Counted from the stretch's first letter, positions 9,852 through 18,978 are shown. The stretch is 64,000 nucleotides of DNA from Acidimicrobiales bacterium (GCA_965207755.1 OZ242297.1:199406-263405); one strand, 5' to 3'. The notes: generated by a model not told the origin, from the sequence alone. Program-made: numbers and translations.

Positions 9852-9955
9852 TGGCCGCGATTCCTGCCGCTGGCGCGATGATCTCGGCGGTCGCCAGCGA
9901 TGGCTGGAGGCTCGATGGTCTCGGCGGTCGCCGGCGATGGCTGGAGGCGCGATGA
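9851..9955 (+). other. 34-codon junction mini-ORF built from a 37-bp x3 repeat of the ATPase start region
   Basis: Its ATG shares one base with the permease TGA (TGATG). Its TGA overlaps the ATG at 9952 (ATGA). ATGATCTCGGCGGTCGCC, ATGGTCTCGGCGGTCGCC and ATGACCTCGGCGGCT sit at 9878, 9915 and 9952. Confidence 0.55.
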
Positions 9956-10989
9956 CCTCGGCGGCTACGAGTGGTGCAGCCACCGCCAGCCCCTCCGCGA
10001 ACGGCGGCGAGCCGCTGGTGCGGGTCGACGACCTCACCGTCGACTACCGCAACGACGACCAGTGGGTGAGCGTGGTCAAGGACGTGTCGTTCTCCATCGG
10101 CCGGGGCGAGACGCTGGGCCTGGCCGGCGAGTCCGGCTGCGGCAAGACCACCACCGCGCTGGCCATGTTCGGCTACAACAAGCCCGGCAGCCGGGTGGCC
10201 GGCGGCCGGGTCACCTTCGACGGCCGCGACCTGCTGGACCTGTCCGTCCGCCAGATGCAGCCCATCCGGGGCGCTCGGATCTCGCTGGTGCCCCAGAACC
10301 CGGCCAGCACCCTCACCCCGTCGATGAAGGTCGGCCGCCAGGTGGTCGAGACGCTGGAGGGCCACGGCGTGAGCTCCGGCGGCGACGCCATGGACCGCAC
10401 GGTCGAGCTGTTCGGCCAAGTCGGGCTGCCCGAGCCGGCCAAGATCGCCCGCCGCTACCCGCACCAGCTCAGCGGCGGCCAGCAGCAGCGAGTGGTGATC
10501 GCCATCGCCATCGCCTGCCGTCCGGACCTGATCGTGCTGGACGAGCCCACCACCGCCCTCGACGTCACCACCCAGGCCCGGCTGCTCGACCTGCTCACCC
10601 ACATCAAGGACGAGAGCGGCATGAGCGCCCTGTACGTCAGCCACAACCTGGGGGTGCTGGAGCAGATCTGCGACCGGGTGGCGGTGATGTACGCCGGCGA
10701 GCTCATCGAGATCGCGCCCACCGCCGAACTGTTCAACCGGCCCCGCCACCCCTACACCCGGGGCCTGATCGCGGCCGTGCCCCGGGTGGAGGCCGAGCAC
10801 GCCGGCACCGAGAAGCTGCGGGGCCTGCTGCGCCGCGACGACCTGCCCGACGGATGCGGCTTCGCCCCCCGGTGCCCCTACTCGCGGCCGCAGTGCTTCA
10901 CCGACCCGCAGCGGCTGGCCGAGATCGAGCCGTCGCACCACGTGGCCTGCTGGCGGGCCCCGGACATCGAAGCCGAGGCAACGCCATGA
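9952..10989 (+). CDS. ABC transporter ATP-binding protein (DppD/OppD-like)
   Basis: Walker [10 protein letters not shown], signature LSGGQQQR and an oligopeptide-type C-terminal domain. An in-frame ATG at 9937 is an alternative start. Confidence 0.9.
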   Translation: MTSAATSGAATASPSANGGEPLVRVDDLTVDYRNDDQWVSVVKDVSFSIGRGETLGLAGESGCGKTTTALAMFGYNKPGSRVAGGRVTFDGRDLLDLSVRQMQPIRGARISLVPQNPASTLTPSMKVGRQVVETLEGHGVSSGGDAMDRTVELFGQVGLPEPAKIARRYPHQLSGGQQQRVVIAIAIACRPDLIVLDEPTTALDVTTQARLLDLLTHIKDESGMSALYVSHNLGVLEQICDRVAVMYAGELIEIAPTAELFNRPRHPYTRGLIAAVPRVEAEHAGTEKLRGLLRRDDLPDGCGFAPRCPYSRPQCFTDPQRLAEIEPSHHVACWRAPDIEAEATP

Positions 10990-11077
10990 CCCGATCCGCT
11001 CGTTCTGTGTGTACAAACCCGGTCTATGCCCGGGAAAGCGCGAACAGATCCGGCAGATCCGCAGGGGGCGGCGCGCT

Positions 11078-12133
11078 ATGACCCCGCTGCTGGAAGTCTC
11101 CGACGTCCGGATCTCGTACCGGCCCCGCCGCGGGCTGGTGTCCAGACTGGTCCGGGCCCTGCGGTCCGACACCACCGAGCCGGTGCCGGCGGTGCGGGAC
11201 GCGTCGTTCACCATCAACACGGGCGAGACGGTGGCCCTGGTGGGCGAGAGCGGCAGCGGCAAGACCACCCTGGCCCGCTCCATCGCCGGGCTGATCCAGC
11301 CCCAGCGGGGGAGCCTGCGCTTCGAGGGCGCCGACATCACCCGGCCCGTGTACCGCCGGCCGCCGGAGCTGCTGCGCCACATCCAGTACGTGTTCCAGAA
11401 CCCGGCTTCGTCGCTGAACCCCCGCCGCAAGGTCCGCTACAGCCTGGGCCGCACGCTCGACGTGTTCTTCAAGCTGTCCAAGGCCGAGAGGCGCGACCGG
11501 ATGGCCGGGCTGCTGGCCAGCGTCCACCTCGACCCCGGCTACATCGACCGCTACCCGCCCCAGCTCAGCGGGGGCGAGGCCCAGCGGGTGGCCATCGCCC
11601 AGGCCCTGGCCGCCGAGCCCAAGCTGATCCTGTGCGACGAGGTCCTGTCGGCCCTCGACGTGTCGGTGCAGGACAACATCCTCGAGCTGCTGCGGGAGCT
11701 GCAGGCCGCCCGGGACGTGGCCTACCTGTTCATCGCCCACGACCTGGCCGTGGTGCGGTGGCTGGCAGACCGGGTGGTGGTGCTGTACCACGGCCGCATC
11801 GTCGAGCAGGGCACCGTCGAGGAGATCTTCACCCCGCCCCACCATCCCTACACCGCGCTTCTGCTCGACTCGATCCCCGGCAAGGGCGAGCACCAGACCT
11901 CCGCGCTGACCGAGGACGCCTCCACGGTAGGCACCGCCCCCGATGCCGGCTGCGCCTTCGAGCCCCGCTGCCAGCACCGGATCGCCGGGGTGTGCGAGGT
12001 CGAAGAACCGCCCCGCCTCCAAGACAGCCCGACCCACGACGTGCTCTGCCACCTGAGCGCCGACGACCGAGCCCGAGTACAGGTCCGTTCCGCCGCCGCT
12101 GTCGTGGCCGGCGCGCCGTCCGAGGAGATCTGA
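11078..12133 (+). CDS. ABC transporter ATP-binding protein (DppF/OppF-like)
   Basis: Walker A GESGSGKTT, signature LSGGEAQR, Walker B LILCDE. Start is taken at MTPLLEVSDV. Confidence 0.9.
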   Translation: MTPLLEVSDVRISYRPRRGLVSRLVRALRSDTTEPVPAVRDASFTINTGETVALVGESGSGKTTLARSIAGLIQPQRGSLRFEGADITRPVYRRPPELLRHIQYVFQNPASSLNPRRKVRYSLGRTLDVFFKLSKAERRDRMAGLLASVHLDPGYIDRYPPQLSGGEAQRVAIAQALAAEPKLILCDEVLSALDVSVQDNILELLRELQAARDVAYLFIAHDLAVVRWLADRVVVLYHGRIVEQGTVEEIFTPPHHPYTALLLDSIPGKGEHQTSALTEDASTVGTAPDAGCAFEPRCQHRIAGVCEVEEPPRLQDSPTHDVLCHLSADDRARVQVRSAAAVVAGAPSEEI

Positions 12134-12261
12134 TGGCCGACACCGCGGAATCCCAAGCCGTCCGAGGAAATCTGATGGCCGACACCGCGGAATCCCAAGC
12201 CGTCCGAGGAGATCGGATGACTTGCGCCGTGGAGTTCCAGCCGCCTAAGGAGACGAGATGA
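12133..12261 (+). other. 42-codon junction mini-ORF (42-bp x2 repeat) linking the ATPase stop to the DapA-family start
   Basis: TGATG overlap at 12131-12135 and ATGA overlap at 12258-12261. The repeat unit MADTAESQAVRGNL mimics the downstream N-terminus MTDTAQL. Confidence 0.55.
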
Positions 12262-13214
12262 CCGACACCGCCCAACTCCGTGACCGCCTCCAGGGCTGCT
12301 ATGTGACCGTGCCCACCCTGTTCCGGGACGACGACGAGCTGTCGGTCGACCTCGATGCCATGCGCAAGCACGTGGGCTTCCTGGTCGACGGCGGGATCAC
12401 CACCGGCAACGGGGTGCTGCTGGCCTGCGGCGCGGCCGGGGACTTCTCCACCATGACCTTCGACGAGCGGGTGGCGGTGACCGCCGCGGTGGTGGAGGAG
12501 GCCGCCGGCCGGGTGCCGGTGGTGATGGGCGGCCAGACCACCAGCACCATGGAGCTGGCGCGCCTGGCCCGGGCCGCGGCCGACATCGGCGCCGAGTACA
12601 TGCAGGTGTCGCCGCCATTCTACTTCGCCCACACCGACGACGACTTCATGGAGCACGTGGCCGCCGCCGCGGCCGCCTCGGATGTGGGCATGGTGGTCTA
12701 CAACACCCACTGGACCAGCCTGGAGATCTCCAACGCCCTCATCGACCGCCTGGCCGGCCTGGGCACGGTGGTGGGCCTGAAGTGGTCGATGCCCGACAAC
12801 GGGTTCATGGAGTTCGAGGGTGTGGTGGCCGACTACTCCGACCGGTTCTGCATCATCGACAACCAGCTGCGGTTCCCGACCAGCCACATGCTCGGAGCGA
12901 AGGGCATCGAGGTCCACATCTGCAACTTCTGGCCCCAGTGGGGGGTGCGGATGTGGGAGATGCTGAACAAGGGCCGCTACGTCGAGGCCCAGCATGAGCT
13001 GGTGCAGGTGGTGCTGCCGTTCATGCGGCTGTGGACCGAGATGGAGGGCTACACCAGCGGCGACGGCCATCTCGACAAACTGTGCATGGAGCTGGTGGGC
13101 CTGCCGTCGAGCCGCAGCCGTCCCCCCACCCGCGACATCCGCGACCGCTACCGGGAGCAGGCCCGGGAGATGCTCCAGGCCATAGGCACCCCCAACGTCC
13201 TAACCGCCGACTGA
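12258..13214 (+). CDS. Dihydrodipicolinate synthase (DapA) family class I aldolase/lyase
   Basis: 318 aa with the family pattern (GVLLACGAAGDFSTMTFDER, Schiff-base Lys context VVGLKWS). Confidence 0.85.
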   Translation: MTDTAQLRDRLQGCYVTVPTLFRDDDELSVDLDAMRKHVGFLVDGGITTGNGVLLACGAAGDFSTMTFDERVAVTAAVVEEAAGRVPVVMGGQTTSTMELARLARAAADIGAEYMQVSPPFYFAHTDDDFMEHVAAAAAASDVGMVVYNTHWTSLEISNALIDRLAGLGTVVGLKWSMPDNGFMEFEGVVADYSDRFCIIDNQLRFPTSHMLGAKGIEVHICNFWPQWGVRMWEMLNKGRYVEAQHELVQVVLPFMRLWTEMEGYTSGDGHLDKLCMELVGLPSSRSRPPTRDIRDRYREQAREMLQAIGTPNVLTAD

Positions 13215-13248
13215 CCGTCACCCAGCCCGCCCGCGCCCCCCGGCAACA

Positions 13249-13366
13249 TCTCGGGTTGGTTTTGGGTCGTAGGTACTCACAAATCGCCCCAAGATCTCGC
13301 GGCCAACCCGTCCCCAAGATCTCGGGTTGGTTTTGGGTCGTGGGTACCCACAAATCGCCCCAAGAT
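13249..13366. repeat. Hairpin repeat family 1, 2 tandem copies, period 71
   Basis: TCTCGGGTTGGTTTTGGGTCGT..AATCGCCCCAAGA at 13249-13295 and 13320-13366, between convergent genes. Confidence 0.85.
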
Positions 13367-13392
13367 CTTGCGGCTGGTTCGGTCAGCCGCCG

Positions 13393-14220
13393 TCAGCAGG
13401 GCAGCGGCACCACATGGTGGCGGCCGGTGTAGTCACGGCCCCGCAGCAGCCCCATCTGGCGGGGCTCGTCGGGGGCGTGGCGGGCCCGGTCGAGGCCGGC
13501 GTAGAGCGGGTTGCCGGTCACCCGCACGAACGGCACCGTCACCCGAGGCGACAACCCGATCCGCGGCTGGGACGTGCGGTTGGGACCCGACCCGTGCAGC
13601 GCGTTCTCGCTGAACATCACGAACTCCCCCGGCTCCAGTTCGAAGACCCGGATGTCGTCGGGATCGATGGCATCGGTCGGCACGGCCTGGTGGAACGAGT
13701 GACGGGTGCCGTCCACGTCGTGGTCGAAGGTGCTGGTGTGCGAACCCCTCACCACCTGGAGGCACCCGTTGTCGACGGTGGCCTCGGTGATGGCGATCCA
13801 GGCCGACGCCCAGACCGGGGGCAGCAGATCGAAGTAGGCCCCGTCCTGGTGCCACGGCACCTCGGTGTAGCGCTGCTCGTCACCGGTGGCCTCGGCCAGG
13901 GGCTGCTTGATCTGGAAGTTGCTGCGCCAGATCAGCAGGTCGGGCCCCAGCAGCGAAGCGACACGGTCCACCAACTCCGGTCCCCGGCACAGCCGGCACA
14001 CCGTCTCATGGTCCAGATGCCGGTCGTGGTAGTCCACGTGGGGGTCATCCAGTAGCGCTCCGGGAACGACGATCTCTTCCACGATCCGTTCCCGCATCGC
14101 GGCCATGACCTCCGGCGACACCAACCGGTAAGGCCCAATCACCCCATCGGAGTGATAAGCCTCCACCTCCGCCGCACCCAAAGGAAACCGCAACTCCGCC
14201 TCCAGCGCGACAACCCCCAC
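13393..14220 (-). CDS. Phytanoyl-CoA dioxygenase (PhyH) family Fe(II)/2OG oxygenase
   Basis: 275 aa with WHQDGAYF (HxD) and distal NALHGSGPNRT. Confidence 0.85.
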   Translation of the reverse strand: MGVVALEAELRFPLGAAEVEAYHSDGVIGPYRLVSPEVMAAMRERIVEEIVVPGALLDDPHVDYHDRHLDHETVCRLCRGPELVDRVASLLGPDLLIWRSNFQIKQPLAEATGDEQRYTEVPWHQDGAYFDLLPPVWASAWIAITEATVDNGCLQVVRGSHTSTFDHDVDGTRHSFHQAVPTDAIDPDDIRVFELEPGEFVMFSENALHGSGPNRTSQPRIGLSPRVTVPFVRVTGNPLYAGLDRARHAPDEPRQMGLLRGRDYTGRHHVVPLPC

Positions 14221-14495
14221 GGCCTCACCCTACTGAACCCGCATCCATCCGTTAACAGTCGCAGCCGGCATGTGATCACCGTCCACCGGTTAGCGTTGCC
14301 GCACGGCCGAGGCGCATCGTGATTTGATGATCGAGCGGGGCATTGAGGAGGGCTGGATCACGCTGGCGTCCCGGACATGTCTGGGGCCGGCTCAGCGTTT
14401 CGTCGCGCCGCGAAGCATCGCCGGCGTGCCCGACGAGGACCGGGATGACGGGCCGTGTATCTCCTATCACGATGACAACTGACTACAGTGTCGGC

Positions 14496-14918
14496 ATGAC
14501 TGTACTTTCAATATGTTTCAAGCGTCCGGGTGTCTTGGAGCGGCTCAGGCGGGGCGCGGCCCAGCGGGCTGAGTCGCTCTCATCGGCGGGGGAGCGCCTG
14601 ATCGACGAGGGGCTGCGCATGGACGCCTATCCCGGGATCGTCTTCCGCGATGGGCCCGCGGGCCGGCGGGCCGCGCTGGACACCGGGCCCGATGTGTGGC
14701 AGGTCGTCCCGCTGCTGCAGGGCTTGAGCGGAAGCCTGGAGGAGCGGATCGCGGAAACGGCTGAGCAGCTCTGGCTCACCGAGAGGCAGGTCCGAGCCGT
14801 CAGCCGGTACTACGCCGAGTTCACCGCCGAGATCGACGCCATGATCGCAGAGAACGAAGAGATTGCCGACCGCGAGTTGGCCGCCTGGGAGAACGAGCGC
14901 AAGCTGCTGACGGGGTGA
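14496..14918 (+). CDS. Putative antitoxin-like protein (DUF433-like)
   Basis: 140 aa. GIVFRDGPAGRRAALDTGPDVWQVV plus LTERQVRAVSRYY resemble DUF433. GTGA overlap with the downstream DUF5615-like gene. The 5' end is locally AT-richer. Start is uncertain (14472 or 14496). Confidence 0.45.
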   Translation: MTVLSICFKRPGVLERLRRGAAQRAESLSSAGERLIDEGLRMDAYPGIVFRDGPAGRRAALDTGPDVWQVVPLLQGLSGSLEERIAETAEQLWLTERQVRAVSRYYAEFTAEIDAMIAENEEIADRELAAWENERKLLTG

Positions 14919-15295
14919 AACTTCTCCTCGATGAGATGTACGCCTCCGGCGTCGCGGCCCTGCTGCGAGACTGGGGACACGATGTCGTCGCCGTCAAGGA
15001 GCGTCGCGATCTCATCGGGTTGTCTGACGAGGATCTGCTTAGGATGGCGATGGCCGAAGGCAGAGCGGTGGTCACTGAGGATCTGTATGACTTCGCGGCG
15101 CTTGACCGGCGCATCTCTGCCGTGGGACAGCGTCACTCGGGGCTGGTCCTCGCCCATCCCCGCCGGTTCCCCCGCTCAGTGCGGAACCATGCGCGAGTGC
15201 TCGCCGACGCGCTCGCTGCCCTCCTCAGCGAGCACGGCTCCAGGCTCGACGACGTCGACTCGTTCGTATGGTGGCTGGAGCGGCCCGACCGCTGA
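14915..15295 (+). CDS. DUF5615 family PIN-like (Mut7-C-like) putative toxin
   Basis: MKLLLDEMY..LLRDWGHDVVAV..LSDEDLLRMAMAEGRAVVTEDLYDF matches the DUF5615 pattern. 126 aa. Confidence 0.6.
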   Translation: MKLLLDEMYASGVAALLRDWGHDVVAVKERRDLIGLSDEDLLRMAMAEGRAVVTEDLYDFAALDRRISAVGQRHSGLVLAHPRRFPRSVRNHARVLADALAALLSEHGSRLDDVDSFVWWLERPDR

Positions 15296-15301
15296 GAGCC
15301 G

Positions 15302-16426
15302 CTAATCCCTCAGGCCGGAGAGCTCCATGACCGTGTTGTCTTCGATCCAGTTCCAGTCGAGCTCTACCCCTAGGCCGGGACCGGTGGGCAGGTGCAGGCA
15401 GCCGTCGGCGTCGATGTCCAGGGGGGCGCCCTTGAGGGCGAAGCGGAACATCTCATGGTGCAGTTCGAAGAACTCGCAGTTGCGTACCGAGCAGGCCACG
15501 TGCAGGTTGGCGATGTCGAGCAGCGATGAGTGCAGGGCGTGGATCTCGAGGTTCATGCCGGCCTCGTCGCACATGGCCGACGCCTTGCGCAGACCGGTGA
15601 TGCCGGCCTTGATGAACACGTCGCCCCGGGCCATGTCGCAGGCTCTGCGCTCCAGGAACTGGGGCAGCTCCCGGAGGCTGACCGTCTCGGTGGCCAGGAT
15701 GGGGACCTCCAGCCGCCGGGTGAGCTGCTCCAGGGTGGCGATGTCGCGGTCGGGGACGGGCTCCTCGAACCAGCGGTAGCCGAGACGGGCCAGCGCCTCG
15801 CCCACCTCCAGAGCCTGCTCGAAGCTGTACTCGGCCACCGCGTCCAGCATCAGCGGGAAGTCGTCGCCTGCGGCGTCACGGGCGGCCTCGGCCCGACCGA
15901 TGTCGGCGGCCGGGCCGTCGTACAGGGTCAGCTTGTAGCCCCGGTAGCCGAGCTGCTTCATGGCGGCCGCCTCGTCGAACGTGTCGGCGGGGGTGAGGTT
16001 CCAGTGCGAGCCGGTCCGGTAGGCGGGCACCTCGGTGCGGCACACCCCGAGCAGCTCGGCGATGGGCACTCCGGCGGCCTTGCCCTTGATGTCCCAGAAG
16101 GCCACGTCGAGCATGCCCAGCAGGCCGTCGCTGATGGGGTAGAGGTGGCGGTTGAGGCTCATGAGTTCCCGCCACAGTTCCTCGTGTTGCCGGGGGTCCT
16201 TGCCCAGGATGGCCCTCAGGTACACGTCGTGGAGCTGGTGGGCCGAGCCGATCCCCTCGCCGTTGGCGCCGTAGCCCATCGTGTACCCGTCGACACCCTC
16301 GTCGGTAGTCACGCACGTCAACGGGAAGTGCCAGACCGGCGGCACGTCGTCGGGTATAGGGCTGTCGCCGTACCAAGGCTGCGCGTCCAGCGCCAGCACC
16401 CGGGTCACCATCCCGGTGATCCTCAC
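15302..16426 (-). CDS. Enolase superfamily enzyme (mandelate racemase/muconate lactonizing family; acid-sugar dehydratase-like)
   Basis: 374 aa with DVAFWDIKGK, metal ligand contexts MLDAV/FEEP and a C-terminal barrel pattern. Confidence 0.9.
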   Translation of the reverse strand: MRITGMVTRVLALDAQPWYGDSPIPDDVPPVWHFPLTCVTTDEGVDGYTMGYGANGEGIGSAHQLHDVYLRAILGKDPRQHEELWRELMSLNRHLYPISDGLLGMLDVAFWDIKGKAAGVPIAELLGVCRTEVPAYRTGSHWNLTPADTFDEAAAMKQLGYRGYKLTLYDGPAADIGRAEAARDAAGDDFPLMLDAVAEYSFEQALEVGEALARLGYRWFEEPVPDRDIATLEQLTRRLEVPILATETVSLRELPQFLERRACDMARGDVFIKAGITGLRKASAMCDEAGMNLEIHALHSSLLDIANLHVACSVRNCEFFELHHEMFRFALKGAPLDIDADGCLHLPTGPGLGVELDWNWIEDNTVMELSGLRD

Positions 16427-16623
16427 GGCGCCCCTGAGTTCACGCCGTCGCCGCGGGTGGTTGCCGTCGGCTCGGTTCCGGGGTTCGTGTCGTCGTTGTG
16501 GGTGGTTGCCGTCGGCTCGGTTCCGGGGTTCGTGTCGTCGTTGTGGGTGGTTGCCGTCGGCTCGGTTCCGGGGTTCGTGTCGTCGTTGTGGGTGGTTGCC
16601 GTCGGCTCGGCTTCTGGGTTCAT
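16423..16623 (-). CDS. 66-codon repeat mini-ORF (45-bp x3.7, unit NPGTEPTATTHNDDT) coupled at both ends
   Basis: Its ATG overlaps the 2-hydroxyacid dehydrogenase stop (ATGA). Its TGA overlaps the enolase-family GTG (GTGA). The repeat period is a multiple of 3. Confidence 0.35.
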   Translation of the reverse strand: MNPEAEPTATTHNDDTNPGTEPTATTHNDDTNPGTEPTATTHNDDTNPGTEPTATTRGDGVNSGAP

Positions 16624-17612
16624 GTCGCCGCTCCCGGGCTCAGGTCGACCACATGGTGCAGCGGCTCACCGGCGCGGTGGCGGGCCAGGTTGGCTGCGAA
16701 CACCTCGCACAGCTCGTCGGCGTAGTCCCAGGTGTGGCCGGCCATGTGGGGCGTCACGATGACATTCTCCAGGTTCCACAGCGGGCTGTCACCGGGCAGC
16801 GGCTCGACGGCGAACACGTCGAGTCCTGCGCCAGCCAGGTGCCCGCCGGCCAGCCGCTCCACCAAGGCCGTCTCGTCGACGGACGGGCCCCGGCCGACGT
16901 TGCAGAAGCAGGCGCCCGGCTTCATGGCCGCGAACACCTCGCGGCTGATCACGCCACGGGTGGCCGCCCCGCCCGGCAGTGCCCCCACCACATGGTCGGC
17001 CCCGGCCACCGCGGCACCCAGCGCCTCGGGCCCGAACACCTCCGACACGTTCGGGCAGGGCCGATCCGGATGCCGGCGCACGCCGACCACCCGCATTCCC
17101 AGGATCGCGCACCGCTGGGCGATGGCCGATCCCAGCGTCCCCAGCCCGATCACGCACACCGTCGACCCGGCCAGCCGGCCGTGGCGGTGCAGATGCTCCC
17201 AACTGCGCCCCGGCATGGCCCGGAGGTACTCCGGCAGGCGGCGCACCAGTGCCAGCATCATGGCTACGCAGTGCTCGGCCACCCCCTCGGAGTAGGCGCC
17301 GCCGGCGTTGCACACCACCAGGTCATCCCTGGCCGCCAGCTCCGGGGTCAGGTACTCCTCGTAGCCCGCGCTGGGCAGCAGCAGCAGCCGTAGCGGGCTG
17401 GCGGCCAGCAGGTCAGGCTCAGGCCAGCCCACCATGACCTCGGCCGCGGCCATCGCCCGGCGATACTCGTCGGCGGAGGCGTCCTGGCCGAGCCGGTCAC
17501 ACGCCGCCCGGCCGCCGGCGGCCTCACACAGCGCTTGGATGTGTTGGTCGCCGAAGGCGTCTACGGCGATGAGCAGTCTCAGAGGCCGAGCGACTTCGCG
17601 ACGCGATTTCAT
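16620..17612 (-). CDS. D-isomer-specific 2-hydroxyacid dehydrogenase, NAD-binding
   Basis: VIGLGTLGSAIA Rossmann motif and the catalytic R/E/H region (TPHMAGHT). 330 aa. Confidence 0.9.
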   Translation of the reverse strand: MKSRREVARPLRLLIAVDAFGDQHIQALCEAAGGRAACDRLGQDASADEYRRAMAAAEVMVGWPEPDLLAASPLRLLLLPSAGYEEYLTPELAARDDLVVCNAGGAYSEGVAEHCVAMMLALVRRLPEYLRAMPGRSWEHLHRHGRLAGSTVCVIGLGTLGSAIAQRCAILGMRVVGVRRHPDRPCPNVSEVFGPEALGAAVAGADHVVGALPGGAATRGVISREVFAAMKPGACFCNVGRGPSVDETALVERLAGGHLAGAGLDVFAVEPLPGDSPLWNLENVIVTPHMAGHTWDYADELCEVFAANLARHRAGEPLHHVVDLSPGAAT

Positions 17613-17651
17613 GGGACGTCAAGCGAGACCGTGGCCGGTGCGGCCCCGGAT

Positions 17652-17766
17652 TCTCGGGTTGGTTGTGTGTGGCAGGCCCGCAGAACTCGCCCGAGATTCT
17701 GCGCCCGGCCCGTTCCCGGATTCTCGGGTTGGTTGTGTGTGGCAGGTCCGCAGAACGCTCCCGAGA
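17652..17766. repeat. Hairpin repeat family 1, 2 copies plus a partial third, period 70
   Basis: TCTCGGGTTGGTTGTGTGTGGCAGG.CCGCAGAAC..CCCGAGA at 17652-17696 and 17722-17766. A partial left arm sits at 17792. Confidence 0.85.
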
Positions 17767-17832
17767 TTCTGCGCCCGGCCCGGCGCCGGGTTCTCGGGCG
17801 CTCGCAGCGACGACGAGGACAGGGCAGGTACC

Positions 17833-18978
17833 TCAGTCGAGCCGGAAGCGGGCGGTCTGCATGTACTGGATGGGCCAGTCGTCCTTGGTGTACTCGTGGT
17901 AGGCGGTCACGATCGTGCCGTCGTCTAGCTGCACCACGGTCGGGTAGCCGATGTGCCAGTACTGCCGGTGAACCTCCGGCTCAGGCGCGTGGCAGCCGGC
18001 GATGATGAACTCGTCGGCCGGGTCCCAGTTGATGCCGTCCTCCGACGTGCAGCCCCGCACGTCCATGGGGAAGGCCCGGTAGCTGTACACGCTCAGCACC
18101 CGGCCGTCCTGGAGCTGGATCATGTCGGCGGGATAGCCCCAAAGCCGGGTCCGCGACGGTGGGGCCCAGGTCACGCCGTCGTCGGTGGAGTGGGTCACCC
18201 ACTGGTAGTCGTAGCGGGCCGGCCGGAACAGCACCCTGATCATCGACACCAGCCGGCCGTTGGACATGCGGGTCAGCGACGGCTCCTGGAAGTTGATGAT
18301 CGAGGCCGGGTCGAAGGCCATCGTGCCCCAGTGGTGCCAGTTGTCGCCGCCGTCGTCGGAGCGCAGCAGGAAGCAGCGCGACGGCTCCCAGTTGACCCCG
18401 CCGCCGAGGATGTAGCCGTCGGGGCTGAGGGTGCCCTCCAGCGGCATCAGCAGCCCGCCGTCGGGCAGCTCCACCACATGGCCGGACCCGGTGCCGCCGG
18501 CCAGGCAGACCGCCGTGCCCGAATCGGCGATCGGGTGGGTGCTGACCGGGATCGGACCGTTCCACGTGTCGCCGTTGTCGGAGGACTTGTAGACCGCATA
18601 GCCGGTCTGGTGGGGTCGGATGTAGCCCATCGCCTGCTCGTCGATGCGGTTGGCGATGGCGCCGGGGGCGTTGATGAAACCGCAGATGCGGGTGTGCATG
18701 ATGATCGTGCCGTCGCTGATCTGGGCGAAGGCGCAGTCCCAGTTGCCGGTGTGCTCGGTGTAGTCCTCCACCACCACCCGGGTGCTCGGATCCCAGCTCC
18801 TGCCGCCGTCGGACGACTTGATCAGGCACGACCGGCCGGTGTCGGCGTGCATCGGTCCCCGCTCCTCGTTGTAGCCCAGCAGCAGTTCGCCGTTCTGGAG
18901 CTTGACGATGCTGCCCTGGTTGCAGCACCGCTCGGGGTCGATGTAGGCGTCGACTACTTCGGCGTCCACTCTGCGCAT
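17833..18978 (-). CDS. BNR/Asp-box repeat protein, sialidase (GH33)-like beta-propeller, no signal peptide
   Basis: Five Asp-boxes: SSDGGRSW, SSDNGDTW, RSDDGGDNW, STDDGVTW, TSEDGINW. Confidence 0.8.
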   Translation of the reverse strand: MRRVDAEVVDAYIDPERCCNQGSIVKLQNGELLLGYNEERGPMHADTGRSCLIKSSDGGRSWDPSTRVVVEDYTEHTGNWDCAFAQISDGTIIMHTRICGFINAPGAIANRIDEQAMGYIRPHQTGYAVYKSSDNGDTWNGPIPVSTHPIADSGTAVCLAGGTGSGHVVELPDGGLLMPLEGTLSPDGYILGGGVNWEPSRCFLLRSDDGGDNWHHWGTMAFDPASIINFQEPSLTRMSNGRLVSMIRVLFRPARYDYQWVTHSTDDGVTWAPPSRTRLWGYPADMIQLQDGRVLSVYSYRAFPMDVRGCTSEDGINWDPADEFIIAGCHAPEPEVHRQYWHIGYPTVVQLDDGTIVTAYHEYTKDDWPIQYMQTARFRLD

